A program made the position numbers and the translations under genes. A stretch of DNA of 64,000 nt from Squalus acanthias (Eukaryota): assembly GCA_030390025.1 (NCBI GenBank), contig JASTWF010000363.1, positions 124,001 through 188,000 on the forward strand, read 5' to 3'. Below the pieces are notes generated by a model. It saw nothing but the letters and a program-made list of their open reading frames with translations. It searched no databases and had not been told where the DNA came from. This document shows, one piece after another, positions 23,190-36,578 of this stretch. The stretch's first letter is position 1. Every line of letters starts with the position of its first letter.

Positions 23190-23626
23190 CCAGATATGTT
23201 CAAAATCTATTTCAGTGTACTCTTTTGTGTGGACACTAAACCAAATAAACTGTTACTAATAAAACTTTAAATGAAACTTAACAAATTAAATTAAAATTTT
23301 GTTGGCCGGGGTGATGATGCACTCCAGTCTCCGCGGTGCCCACCGGTCGCGGAAGGCCTCGAGCGTGCCAGCAGACACCACGTGCTCCATCTTCAGGGCC
23401 ACCCGGGCGCGAACGTGGCCGCGGAAGAGAGGCAGGCAGTCAGGCCAAACAACCCCCTCGACCGCGCGCTGCCTGCACCAGTTAATGGCCACTTTGGCCA
23501 GGCCCAGAAGCAGTTCTATGAGGAGGTCCTCCGATCTGCCTGCTCCCCTCCACACCGGGTGACCAAAGATCAGGAGCGTGGGACTGAAGTGCAGCCAAAA
23601 ATCGAGGAGCAGCCCTCTATTTCGGT
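23190..23626 (-). mobile_element. Tx1/L1-clade LINE 3' fragment
   Basis: LLLGLAKVAINWCRQRAVEG..LEAFRDRWA resembles Tx1 ORF2 C-terminus; T-rich 3' UTR. Confidence 0.7.
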
Positions 23627-24414
23627 GTAGTGCTGATAAGCTACTTGGTTTGACAATATTATTCCTGGATTTCATATAACCACGTCCATCTGGGCCAGCC
23701 ACAGTGGAGTTGGGTGGATTTCCCACCCTCCGGTCACTTGTATTCACCCCTGGAGAAACTTGTGGAGTTGATTTCAATCCGTAGCAGAGTATTTCTTCTT
23801 TCTTTCCCTCCACCGCCTGCTACTCTTCCAGGTATACCTAACTTAGCAAGTTCATGCAAATAGCCCTTATTAATTTCTGTCCCTCCATTCTCAGATACTT
23901 GAACTGTTACAGACAAATGATACATTTAAATATTTGACTAAATTTCTTAAACTTTCTTTCTGAACTATCGCTCTTAGTACTCATGCAACATTGAGGACTT
24001 GCATTATAAGCTATTCTGAACCTTTATTAATCTCTCCAGGGTTTCCTTCTACTTCCTTCTGATCTGGGTGTCAAAAAAATTATTTTGTTCACTAAAATTC
24101 ACAAAGTAAGATTCCTTTTTCCAGCTGTTTTGAAGTTTGATCGATTAAGATGACTTATTTTATTGAAAAGATTCACCTTTCAGGTGACAATCGCCTTTAC
24201 CAGACATATGAAATGAACAAATGTTAATTATAGGACAGAAAACAGGCTTACTTGTTAGCTAGTTATTCCATTTACCTTCCCAGCCTTAAAATGAAATCCG
24301 ACACCAGATAAAAGTAACATTCCTTTGAATCTCTCCCAGTCTTGCTCATCTTGCCCAGACAGTGTAATTTATATGTTTGCCCTCAGAATCTACAGGACTG
24401 ACATCCTGGCATGA

Positions 24415-26450
24415 ATTTTTTTTTTTATTCGTTCATAGGATGCGGGTATCGCTGGCAAGGCCAGCATTTATTGCCCATCCCTAGTTGCCCTTGAGAAGGT
24501 GGTGGTGAGTCGCCTTCTTGAACTGGTGCAGTCCGTGTGGTGAAGGTGCCCTCACAGTGCTGTTAAGGAGGGAGTTCCAGGAATTTGACCTAGCGACGAT
24601 GGAGAAACGGCTTCCAAGTCAGGATGGTGTGTGACTTGGAGGGGAACTTGGAGGTGGTGGTGTTCCCATGCACCTGCTGCCCTTGTCCTTCTAGGTGGTA
24701 GAGGTCATGGGTTTGGGCGGTGCGGCCAAAGAATTCTTGGCGAGTTCCTGCAGTGCATCTTGTAGATGGTACATACTGCAGCCACGGTACGCCGGTGGTG
24801 GAGGGAGTGAATGTTTAAGGTGGTGGATGGGGTGCCAATCAAGCGGGCTGCTTTGACTTGGATGGTGCCGAACTTCTTGAGTGTTTTTGGAGCTGCACTC
24901 ATCCAGGCAAGTGGAGAGTATTCCATCACACTCCTGACTTGTGCCTTGTAGATGCTGGAAAGACTTTGGGGAGTCAGGAGGTGAGACACTCGCCGCAGAA
25001 TACCCAGCCTCTGACCTGCACTTGTTGCCACAGTATTTATGTGGCTGGTCCAGTTAAGTTTCCGGTCAATGGTGACCCCCCAGGATATTGATGGTGGGGG
25101 ATTTGGCGATGGTAATGCCGTTGAATGTTAAGGGGCGGTGGTTAGATGCTTGCTTTTTGGAGATAGTCATTGCCTGGCACTTGTGTGGCGCGAATGATAC
25201 CTGCCACTTATCAGCCCAAGCCTGAATGTCATCCAGGTCTTGCTGCATGCGGGCATGGACTGCTTCATTATCTGAGGAGTTGCAAATGGCACTGAACAAT
25301 GTGCAGTCATTAGTGAAGATACCCACTTCTGACCTTATGATGGAGGGAAGGTCATTGATGAAGCAGCTGAAGATGGTTGGGCCTAGGACACTGCCCTGGG
25401 GCTGTGATGATGGACCTTCAACCACCACAACCATCTTCCTTTGTGCTAGGTATGACTCCAGCCAGTGGAGAGGTTTCACCCGATTCCCATTGACTTTAAT
25501 TTTACTAGGGCTTTTTGATGCCACACTCGGTTAAATGCTGCCTTGATGTCAAGGGCAGTCACTCTCACCTCACCTCTAGAATTCAGCTCTTTTGTCCATA
25601 CTTGGACCAAGGCTTTAATGAGGTCTGGAGCCAAGTGGTGCTGGCAGAACCCAAACTGAGCATCAGTGAGCAGGTTATTGGTGATTAAGTGCTGCTTACG
25701 ACACCTTCCATCACTTTGCTGCTGATTGAGAGTAGACTGATGGGGTGGTAATTGGCCGGATTGGATTTATCCTGCATTTTGTGGACAGGATTTTCCTGGG
25801 CAGTTTTCCACATTGTCGGATAGATGCCAGTGTTAAAGTTGTACGGGAACAGCTTGGCTAGAGGCGCGGCTAGGTCTGGAGCACAAGTCTTCAGCACGAC
25901 AGCCGGGATGTTGTCGGGGCCCACAGCCTTTGCTGTATCCAGTGCGCTCATCCGTTTCTTGATATCATATGGAGTGAATCGAATTGGCTGAAGACTGGCT
26001 TCTGTGGTGTGGGGACCTCAGGAGGAGGCCGATATGGATCATCCACTCGGTACTTCTGGCTGAAGATGGTTGCAAACACTTCAGCTTTGTCTTTGCACGT
26101 GCTGGGCTCCACCATCATTGAGGATGGGGATATTCATGGAGCCTCCTCTTCCCGTTAGTTGTTTAATGGTCCACCACCATTCACGACTGGATGTGGCAGG
26201 ACTGCAGAGCTTTGATCTGATCCGTTGATTGTGGGATCGCTTAGCTCTGTCTATAGCATGCTGCTTCCGCTTTTTAACATGTATGTAGTCTTGTGTTGCA
26301 GCTTCCCCAGGTTGGCACCGCATTTTTGGTACACCTGGTGCTGCTCCTGGCATGCTCTTCTACACTCCTTATTAAACCAGGGTTTGTCCCCTGGCTTGAT
26401 GGTAAAGTTAGAGTGAGGGATATGCTGGGCCATGAGGTTACAGAGTGCCA
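24415..26450 (-). mobile_element. 5'-truncated copy of the same Zenon-like LINE
   Basis: Colinear high similarity to 48722-50490; poly(A) tail at 24415-24427. Confidence 0.9.
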
Positions 26451-26974
26451 CAATGTGTCCATTGGTGACCTCCATTTCTGACCCTGCCAGAAAAGATGAG
26501 GTCAGGGGCAGATCAGCTTGTTTAATTATAACCACCAAGCACCTGCACATCTTAAGGGTACATCTCTGACACCCGCCAGAAAGGGAGCAGGAAATGCGAC
26601 ACAAGCCAGCTGTCCACCAGCACTATGGCCTGGAATGAGGGCAAAGCTAGGCTCAGGTTGGCCCCTTTAAGGGGGGATGAAAAATCTCCAGCCCCAGGTC
26701 CCAGCCGTGGACCCTCAGAAGGGTTTCTTTTCCGCTGGTTGGCAGGCTGCTACACCTTATCTCTCAGTGTACTGGCCTGCCAGTGAATTCCCAACCCAGG
26801 AGTCTCCTCCCGACCATACCCCCTCCGATGCAGGTGACCTGGTTTGAGGTTGGCAGGCGTTCTGCGCCAAACACGGCTCCCTGGAAACTTGAAGCAGAGG
26901 CTGGAACCCGGTATATCTGGATTCCAGCCTATTTCCCAGGGCTTCCACCTCACTCTTGCCTGACGTAAGTCCTA

Positions 26975-28390
26975 GTTGCATGGACAAGATCGGCTCGGAG
27001 AGGGCATGAGGGGAGATAGGAGAGAAACTAGCGAAAGATGCGAGTTCAGGGCTAGGGCAGCGGGTAACCTTAGAGGAAGTTTGGCCCGGTGGGCTATGGG
27101 AAGGGAGGGAAGTGGCAGAGGCAGCTGATCCGATGGTCTCAATCTTAGTCACAAAGAAGTCCATGAGCTCCTCGCATTTGTTGTTGGAGGTGAGGGTAGA
27201 GAAGACAGGGGAGAGGGGTTTAAGAAGATGGTTTGCAGTAGAGAAAAGAAACCAGGGTATCCTTGCATTCCAGTATGATCCTGGAATAGTGACAGTTTTG
27301 GCAGACGAGAGCAGGACCCAATAGTGCTTTATGTGTTCCAGCCAAGTCTGGCGGTGAATGGCTAAACCAGTTGTCCGCCATATCCGTTCAAGACTGCGTC
27401 CCTTGGATTTAAGTGAACGCAGGTGAGGGCCGTACCAGTGGGAATGGCCAGGGTGAGAGAGAGTAATGGTTTATATGGAGACTAGAGCATCAAAGGTGGA
27501 GGTGAGGGTATGGTTGAGCACAGCTGCAGAAATGTCATGGTGAATGGAGGGCTAAAGGCTAGAGAGCTGGAATTTTGAAAGTGCAGTTGTTAGTGAATTG
27601 GAGAGAGTTTTCTCCAGGGGTGGACAAAAGGAAGTAGGGTTGGGAGGGGTAAGGGGGATGTGGGTGGAGAGCGATACAAGGAAGTGATCAGAGATAGCCT
27701 TATCTGTAATTGACACGATGGGAGTGGTAATGTCAAGGGGGTGGCCGTGAATATGGGTTGGGGAGTTTACATGGAAGGACAGATTAAGGGAAGATAGGAT
27801 GGCAGTGTACTTAGAGGAGACAGAGCATGATGAATTGAGAAGATGGTTCAAATCACAAAATGAGAAGTCGCTCAGTGAAGAGGCTGAGGGAGGAAAGCAG
27901 TAAAGATAACTTAGTGAGAACATTTTTATGGTACTTGAGTGGGTGGTAGAGAATGAGGATTTTAAATGAGAGGTGAGAGGGGTGGAACAAGGTGAGATGC
28001 TCAAAGGAGGAGAAAGTGGCAGAGGAATAGGGGGACAGACCAAGGTGTGATTTGGTGATCAGAGCCACACCGCCACCATGACGGCCTGGGCAGGGCAAAT
28101 GATGGAAGGTATAGCCAGGCGGGGAGGCTTCATTTAGGGGGAAGTTGTCATCACCACTCAGCTAGGTTTCCGTCAAGGCCATGATGCCGATACAATCATC
28201 CACAATAAGCGCATGGATGACAAAGGCCTTGTTCACAAGTGAATGGACATTCTGGAGGGAGATGCGGATAGGGGCGGTGATAGGTAATCTGCTGGCAGAG
28301 TCCACAGGGTCAGTACAAGGAAGGGTGAGTTGGATGGGGAGGAGATTGACAAGATTAGCCCCCAGTGGGCGCGCTGGGTGGGAAGGTCGG
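26975..28390 (-). mobile_element. L2-type LINE fragment (APE region)
   Basis: RHGGGVALI, PTHIHGHPLD, ISDHFLV. Confidence 0.85.
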
Positions 28391-28426
28391 CGAGCGAAGT
28401 AGGATCGGGCAGTTGCGGTTGCTGCT

Positions 28427-30632
28427 CGTAAGGATGGTTTCCTGGACCAATATGTCGAGGAACCAACTAGAGATCAGGCCATCTTAGACTGGGTATTATG
28501 TAATGAGAAAGGATTAATTAGCAATCTTGTTGTGCGAGGCCCCTTGGGGAGGAGCGATCATACTATGATAGAATTCTTCATTAAGATGGAGCGTGAAGTA
28601 GTTGACTCGGTGACTAGGGTCCTGAATTTAAATAAAGGAAACTACGATGGTATGAGGCACGAGTTGGCTAGGATGGATTGGGGAACGTTACTTAAAGGGT
28701 TGATGGTGGATAGGCAATGGCAAACATTTAAAGATCGCAAGGATGAACAACAGAATTTGTTCATCCCTGTTTGGCATAAAAATAAAACAAAAAAGGTGAC
28801 TCAACCGTGGCTAACAAGGGAAATTAGGGATAGCATAAGATCCAAGGAGAGGACATATAAATTGGCCAGAAAAAGCAGCAAACCTGAGGATTGGGAGCAG
28901 TTTAGGATTCAGCAAAGGAGGACAAAGGGATTAATTAAGAGGGGGAAAATAGAGTATGAGAGTAAGCTTTCAGGGAACATAAAAACTGACTGTAAAAGCT
29001 TCTATAGATATGTAAAGAGAAAAAGATTGGTGAAGTCAAGCGTAGGTCCCTTGCAATCAGAATCAGGGGAATTTATAATGGGGAACAAAGAAATGGCAGG
29101 CCAATTAAATACATACTTTGGTTCTGTCTTCACAAAGGAGGACACAAATAACCTCCCAGAGATGTCAGGGAACATAGGGTCTAATGAGAGGGAGGAACTG
29201 AATGAAATCAGTATTTGTAGGGAAATGGTGTTAGGGAAATTGAGGGGATTGAAGGCCAATAAATATCCAGGGCCTGATAATCTACATCCTAGGGTACTTA
29301 AGGAAGTGGCCCTAGAAATAGTAGCTGCATTGCTGGTCATCTTCCAAAATTCTATAGACTCTGGAACAGTTCCCATGGATTGGAGGGTAGCTAATATAAC
29401 CCAACTATATAAAAAAGGTGGTAGAGAGAAAATGGGGAATTATAGACCGGTAAGCCTGACATCGGTAGTGGGGAAAATGCTAGAGTCCATTATAAAAGAT
29501 GTAATAGCAGAGCACTTGGAAAACAGTAACAGGATTGGACAAAGTCAACATGGATGTACAAAAGGTAAATCATGCTTGACTAATCTACTGGAATTTTTTG
29601 AGGATGTAACTGGTAGAATAGATAAGGGAGAACCAGTGGATGTGGTGTATTTGGACTTTCAGAAGGCTTTCGATTAGGTCCCGCATAAGAGATTAGCGTG
29701 CAAAGTTAAAGCACATGGGATTGGGGGTAAGGTACACAAAGCTGGGTGGGCGTGTGTGCTGTGAGGAGGATGCAGAGAAACTCCAGTATGATTTGGACAG
29801 GTTGGGTGATTGGGCAGATGCGTGGCAAATGCAGTATAATGTGGATAAATGCGAGGTTATCCACTTTGGTGGCAAAAACAGGAAGGCAGATTATTATCTG
29901 AACGGCAATAGATTGGGAAAAGGGGTAGTGCAACGAGACCTGGGTGTCCTTGTGAACCAGTCGCTGAAGGTAAGCATGCAGGTGCAGCAGTATGTTGGCC
30001 TTCATAGCGAGAGGATTCGAGTACAGGAGCAAGGATGTCTTGCTGCAGTTGTACAGGGCCTTGGTGAGACCACACCTTGAGTATTGTGTGCAGTTTTGGT
30101 CGCCTTATCTGAGGAAGAATGTTCTTGCCATGGAGGGAATGCAGCGAAGATTCACCAGACTGATACCTGGGATGGCAGGAATGACGTATGAAGAGAAATT
30201 GGGTCGATTAGGCTTATCTTCACTAGAGTTTAGAAGAATGAGAGGGGATCTCATTGAAACTTATAAAATTCTAACAGGACTAGACAGACTAGATGCAGGA
30301 AGGATGTTCCCGATGGTGGGGGAGTCCAGAACCAGGGGTCACAGTCTAAAGATAAGGGGTAAGCCATTTAGGACTGAGATGAGGAGGAATTTCTTCACCC
30401 AGAGACTGGTGAACCTGTCGAATTCTCTACCACAGAAGGCAGTTGAGTCCAATTCATTAAATATATTCAAGAAGGAGTTAGATATATTTCTTAAGGCTAA
30501 GGGGATCAAGGGATATGGGGAGAAAGCAGGGACAGGGTACTGAATTTGGATGATCAGCCATGATCGCATTGAATGGCGGAGCACGCTCGAGAGGCCGAAT
30601 GGCCTACTCCTGCTCCTATCCTCTATGTTTCT
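28427..30632 (+). mobile_element. CR1 LINE, 5'-truncated, internal deletion of RT core near 29731
   Basis: ORF 28532-29677 (GPDNLHPRVLKE, NYRPVSLTS, YLDFQKAFD) jumps past GVPQG/FADD to TKLGG. Confidence 0.93.
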
Positions 30633-32165
30633 AAGGAGGCAGTGACGAGTGCCTCGATGGCTAGTGAGATAGTTGATGCGTTGGTTTTAATTTTCCAAAA
30701 TTCCCTAGATTCGGGGAAGGTTCCATTAGATTGGAAAATAGCGAATGTAACTCCTTTATTCAAAAAGGGAGGGAGACAGAAAGCAGGAAACTACAGGCCA
30801 GTTAGCTTAACATCTGTCATAGGGAAGATGTTAGAAGCTATTATTAAAGATGTTATAGCAGGGCATTTAGAAAAGTTCAAAGTAATCAGGCAGAGTCAAC
30901 ATGGTTTTGTGCAAGGGAAATCATGTTGAACCAATTTATTGGAGTTCTTTGAGGAAGTAACATGTGCTGTAGATATGTACTGTACTTAGATTTCCAGAAG
31001 GCATTTGATAAGGTGCCACATCAAAGGTTATTGCAGAAAATAAAAGCTCATGGTGTAGGGGGTAACATATTGGCATGGATAGAAGATTGGCTAGCTAACA
31101 GGAAACAGAGAGTAGGCATAAATGGGTCATTTTCTGATTGGCAAGATGTAACGAGTGGTGTGCCACAGGGATCAGTGCTGGGGCCTCAACTTTTTACAAT
31201 TTATATAAATGACATGGATGAAGGGACAGAAGGTATGGTTGCTAAATTTGCTGATGACACAAAGATAGGTAGGAAAGTAAATTGTGAAGAGGACATAAGG
31301 AGGCTACAAAGGGATATAGATAGGTTAAGTGAGTGGGCAAAGATCTGGCAAATGGAGTATAATGTGGGAAAATGTGAAGTTGTCCATTTTGGTAGGAAGA
31401 ATAAAAAAGAAGCATATTATCAAAATGGTGAGAGATTGCAGAGCTCTGAGATGCAGAGGGATCTGGGTGTCCTAGTGCATGAATCACAAAAGGTTACTAT
31501 GCAGGTACAGCAAGTAATTAGGAAAGCTAATAGAATGTTATTGTTTATTGCGAGGGGAATTGAATACAAAAGTAGGGAGGTTATGCTTCAGTTATACAGG
31601 GCATTGGTGAGACCACATCTGGAGTACTGTATTGGTCTCCTTATTTAAGGAAGGATGTAAATGCTTTGGAAGCAGTTCAGAGAAGGTTTACTAGACTAAT
31701 ACCTGGAATGGGCGGGTTGTCTTATGAGGAAAGGTTGGACAGGCTAGGCTTGTATCCGCTGGAGTTTAGAAGAATAAGAGGTGACTTGATTGAAACATGT
31801 AAGATCCTGAGGGGTCTGGACAGGGTGGATGTGGAGAGGATGTTTCCTCTTGTGGGAGAATCTCGAACTAGGGGTCACTGTTTAAAAATAAGTGGTCGCC
31901 CACTTAAGACAGAGATGAGGAGAAATTTTTTATCACAGAGGGTCGTGAGTCTTTGGAACTCTCTTCCTCAGAGGGCGGTAGAAGCAGAGTCTTTGAATAT
32001 TTTTAAGGCAGAGGTAGATAGATTCTTCGTAAGCAAGGGGGTGAAAAGTTATCGGGGGTAGGCGGGAATGTGGAGTAATCAGATCAGCCATGATTTTATT
32101 GAATGGCGGCGCAGGCTCGAGGGGCCGAGTGGCCTACTCCTGCTCCTAATTCGTATGTTCGTATG
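30633..32165 (+). mobile_element. Second CR1 LINE fragment abutting the first
   Basis: YLDFQKAFDKVPH, SGVPQGSVLGP, KFADDTK; (tatgttcg)-like tail. Confidence 0.93.
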
Positions 32166-32276
32166 ATGGGCACTTTGGAGGATGTCAAGAGAGGCACAGC
32201 GGGAAGCTGTAGGCGTATCTAAGAAGAAATTAAGCCTGGGACGGCGGCAGGAGAGTAGGAAAGTCGAGGAGTACTG

Positions 32277-32695
32277 AACAACAACTTGTATTTATATAGC
32301 GCCTTCAATGTAGTAAAACGTCCCAAGGCACTTCACAGGACCATTATAAAACAAAATTTGATACTGAGCCACATAAGGGGATATTAAGGCAAATGACAAA
32401 AGCTTGGTCAAAGAGGTAGGTTTTAAGGAGCGTCTTAAAGGAGGAGAGAGAGGTAGAGAGGCGGAGAGGCTAAAGAAAGGAAGTCGAGAGCTTCGGGCCT
32501 TGACAGCTGAAGGCACGGCCACCAATAGTGGAGGGATTAAAATCGGGGATGCTCAAGGCCAGAATTTGAGGAGCGCAGATATCTCGGAAGGTTGTGGTTG
32601 GTGCTGGAGGAGGTTACAGAGATAGGGAGGGGCAAGGCCATGGAGGGATTTGAAAACAAAGATGAGAATTTTAAAATCGAGGCGTTGCTTAACCG
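32277..32695 (-). mobile_element. L2-type 3' end
   Basis: FKILIFVFKSLHGLAPPYL; caacaacttgtatttatatagcgcc tail. Confidence 0.8.
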
Positions 32696-33579
32696 GGAGG
32701 GTTGGGGTAGGGATTTGGGAAGGCAGAGTACCCAAGAGGAGAGAAATGAAAAGAAGCATGACAACAGGAGAGAGGGGTCTAGGAGAAGTAAAGAGAAAAT
32801 AAGTTTAAAAAAAGGGGAGTAAAAAGTGGAAATAGAATGACGGGCTCGGGTCCGGGGCAGCAGCCAAAATGTGCACACGATTGGACACAGGGAAAACTCA
32901 AGTTACATAGGCCTGGTTACGGAGCAATTATTAGGATACATATATCCTGGTAGTAACAGGGAATAGATAGGAGACAGTATGAGGAAGTCCAGAGTTAAAG
33001 TCAGAGGTCCCGAGGTGGAATAAAGTTGACGTATGTAGGGTGGAGTTGGCATGGAGCATCGACAAACTGTTGTCCAAGTTCGGATACAGATGTGTTGGGC
33101 AGGTGAAGTCCAGAAACTATTTGAAGGGTAGAGTATCAGAGAACGCACTGATGGAGGTATTTCTGTGGGAATGAAGATCCAGGAGATGTACAGAATCAGT
33201 TGCTGGGCAGAAAGATGATGGCGAAGTTGGAGGTCAGCATAAGATCCAGAAGCAGTGGAGAAATGTACTTTGGCCCAGGAGAGTGAAACGCTCGCCCGGA
33301 ACAGATTGTAGCTGAAGCTGAAAAAGCAGGAGAACCAGTCACAGGCTCAGCAGGGAGCAGCAGCGTTGGGGGAAGGGCTGTAAGCTGATCAAAGTTACTT
33401 TAAAATTTAAGCAACAGAGCAGCAGATTAGAGACACAACAGATGAGTCTTACGGAGTAGACAAGTGTAGTCCAGTGCAGAAGAGTAGTCTTGATGTCCAG
33501 ATATTTGGAAGCCAGATTTGAGTACAGATCCAGGAGCTCGATGAGAAAAGCAGATAGCAGGCATGGTTGGGGGGTGAGC

Positions 33580-33726
33580 AGTAGCCCAGCAAGCCCCTCA
33601 GTTTAATCAAACCGCTACTAGCGGTTGAAAAAGGAGGCCCACCATCACCACCTTCTCAGGACAACTAGGGATGGGCAAAAACTGCTGGTCTTGCCAGCGA
33701 CACCCATATACTGAGAATTAATAAAA
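33580..33726 (+). mobile_element. 3' part of the same SINE family
   Basis: gcaagcccctcagtt..aaccgctac joined to caccttctcaggacaactagggatgggc..gccagcgacaccc. Confidence 0.7.
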
Positions 33727-34762
33727 TCAATATGTGATCAACAACAGCATTTGTTCAGTCTACTTTTCTCTCTTTAATTACTGTTGTTTTTTCTCAACTT
33801 TTTATATTCCTGGCGCAAAGCTGCTATATTTAAGTAATAAATCTGATCGCAAGTCCTAGGAGGGGATCTTTTCACAGGAACTTTAAGTTCTTGACATAGT
33901 TTATCAGGCCAGCTAAGCGTCACACATTAGGAATACTGATCACATCGCGTTTAGCGGTGCTTTTAATACGGATCACTCTTCCCCATGATGAATATAATAT
34001 TTTTAACATTTTCTTGCTGTTAACAGCTCTGCATTTTTCCATAATTTCAATCAACTCCAACTCTGTCCAAGTCTTGAATGCTGCTCCCATAATGCGGGGA
34101 AGCCCTTCCACTGTATCTGAATACTGGAAGTAGGGATTTTTTCATTCAAAGACTCTTTTCCCTGTTCCCTCTAATAATGTTAGAATTTTTTGAAAATTTC
34201 CAAACCTAACAAAATATAAAATAGTAGACAGTCATCATATGTGAATGATAGAAAGTCATTGCATAACCCTGAGCACCTTTGTACTTCATCTAGATTGCCA
34301 ATTATGCACCTTGAACAGTATGCTTCTATTACAAAAATGATTGTTATTCCAGGGTCTGCTGATTACATAGGTAAGCAGACCCTCTGAGCAATGGTTATGT
34401 GATGTAGTGGCTGCAAGACAACAGCGGCATTGAACATCAGAATTACGGAAAATGTGCCCAGCCTGAAAGTGATGTAATTTTCAGAAAATGCAGGAGATGA
34501 AGCACCTGGGTCCTGAAATTATACTGGGGGAAAGTCACATTGAATAATTAACACATTTGAAATTCCTCTTACTATTTTAGCAGAGGTGCATTTCAGATGA
34601 ATATACTAAGTATTTGTACCTTATTATTCCATAGTGTAATTTCAGAGCCTTCGCATATTATATTATAAACAAATGGAACTTGTATCCCTACTGATTTCCT
34701 CTGAGCTTCATGATTGCTTCCTGTGTGATTTGTTAACTTTTTAATTGTTCTTTTACCAACAG

Positions 34763-34856
34763 ATGCTTACTAGTGGAGCGAGACACTTTTCGGCCAAACT
34801 CCCCAATGACTGAAAGGCTTATTCGCAAAGCCACAGCACTGCATAATGTGGACTAA
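34763..34856 (+). CDS. TTC38: TTC38-like copy A, last coding exon with stop
   Basis: aacag|A TGC...GAC TAA; CLLVERDTFRPNSPMTERLIRKATALHNVD*, matches recalled TTC38 C-terminus (ERDALKPNSPLTERLIRKA). Confidence 0.95.
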
Positions 34857-35554
34857 ATCAAGACTAAGACACATGCAATTACAAATGGGATGGATTACTT
34901 TAACTCAGTTTAATAGAGATCTGCTAATAATTATTCTGGTTATGATTAGGGGAGGGGGAAGAGAAGCTGGGAGAGAGGGCTGGGGCGAGGGCAGTGGAGG
35001 AAAAGGAGGGACAGGAATGGGACAAAGGAGCGGGGAAGGAGAGTGGGAGGCGATGGGGAGGGTGGATACAGGAAGGTGTGTTAGTAGGGACAGAAAGGGG
35101 GATGGAGAGAGCAGTGAAAATAAGAAAGACATGCAAGGTGCTTAATCCTACTTTTGAGCACCTCTGACTGTCTCCCTCCAGTGTTGTCAGTTCCCTTCTG
35201 TGCAACCATTCATCTCCCACTCCATCCATTATCCACACTCTGTTTAATATTCCTCAACCTGTGCACCTGACAGGCAAATAATCACCTTGCAGCTGTAACT
35301 TCCCTTTTCCTTTCTCACAGCGCTACTTTCCCTCCATCTTCCTCAGTGTTATTCAATAGCTGGAGCTTATCTGACATTTATTTTTCCTGCATTAACCTCA
35401 CTCTACACTTTGAGTTAATCGAGTTAAAGTTTCAGATTGATGACCATTCAGAGTACAAAAGCAAAATACTGCAGATGCTGGAAATCTGAAATAAAAACAG
35501 AGAATGCTGGAAATACTCAGCAGGTCAGGCTGTGGAGAGAGAATCAGAGTTTAT

Positions 35555-36578
35555 GGCCGCGATTTTCTCCTCCGTGTCGGGATGGATGCGGGTCAGGTGG
35601 TTTCCGGGTTTCGGTCCTGTCCCCAGCTGCCACCGCTCTGGAATCGTGATTTTCCCTTGATTGGCCTTGTTAAGCCCGCTCTGTGGGTTTATCAGCCAAT
35701 TAACAGGAAGCCGGTCTGATGACATCATTTCCTTAAAGGGACCATGCACAATTTTTTTTTGACAGTTGATTTTTCAGTGTTTGACAGCATTGAGAAGCTG
35801 AAAATACTGATAAGCACTGCACAAACGTGAATTCTTGCACCCTGGCTCGCCAATGACTCCCTCCATATGCTTATGGAGGGAGTCACAGTACGCAGGGAGG
35901 TTCTCTTCCCTTCCAAGGGCGGAAGAGACCTCGCCAGGGCACCAACTTACCTTGTACCTCCACCCAACCCTCTCTATCTACTTTATCACTTCCCCATCTC
36001 ACTAGGTCTGAATGTTTCATTGGCTCCGATGTTGCTGGAATAGATGGCAGCTGTAGGTGAGATGACAGAAGCGATCTGTCACTGGTGAGAGAGGTTCTCC
36101 CAATGAGGTGGCACTGGACATACAGTTGGATCTAAAAACTTGTCAGCTAAAGAAATCTGTATAAGTATTAAAGATGCAGTAACCAACATTTCCTTTGCTC
36201 TGAAACTCACCATGTGCAACATTGCATCCTTGACACCACTTCTGCAGCTGTCATCTTTTCACAAACATCAGACCAGAATCACAACACGCCACATTTACCT
36301 GGCATGTTGTCCGGATGTCGTGAAACCCGCCCCAGAAGCTGGAAAATCGCAAAACACCCTAAAAACTGCTGACAAGTACCTGTTAATAGGCAGTTAATTG
36401 CCTTTAATCCTTTTCCCGCCGCTAGGTGTCAGGTCCATTTGCAAATCGGGTACCCAACACTTGGCAAAGTTGTTTGGAGGCGGTTGCCGGTGGGGTTGGG
36501 ACCCGCCGTCAATCAAAACAACTTTAACCTCTGACCTGCCTCCAAACCCGCCTTCTGAGCGCCGGCAAAATCGCGGTC
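35555..36578 (+). mobile_element. Non-autonomous Harbinger (family B) nested in a Penelope terminal repeat
   Basis: TIRs ggccgcgatttt / aaaatcgcggtc; decayed Myb stub ~35835-35940; host repeat resumes as aacgtttc. Confidence 0.85.

Noticed and set aside
34846..35238. Gly/Glu- and Pro/Ser-rich ORFs after the TTC38-A stop (similarly 46354-46680)
   Set aside because: Products of purine-rich low-complexity or decayed repeat sequence; no recognisable domain.
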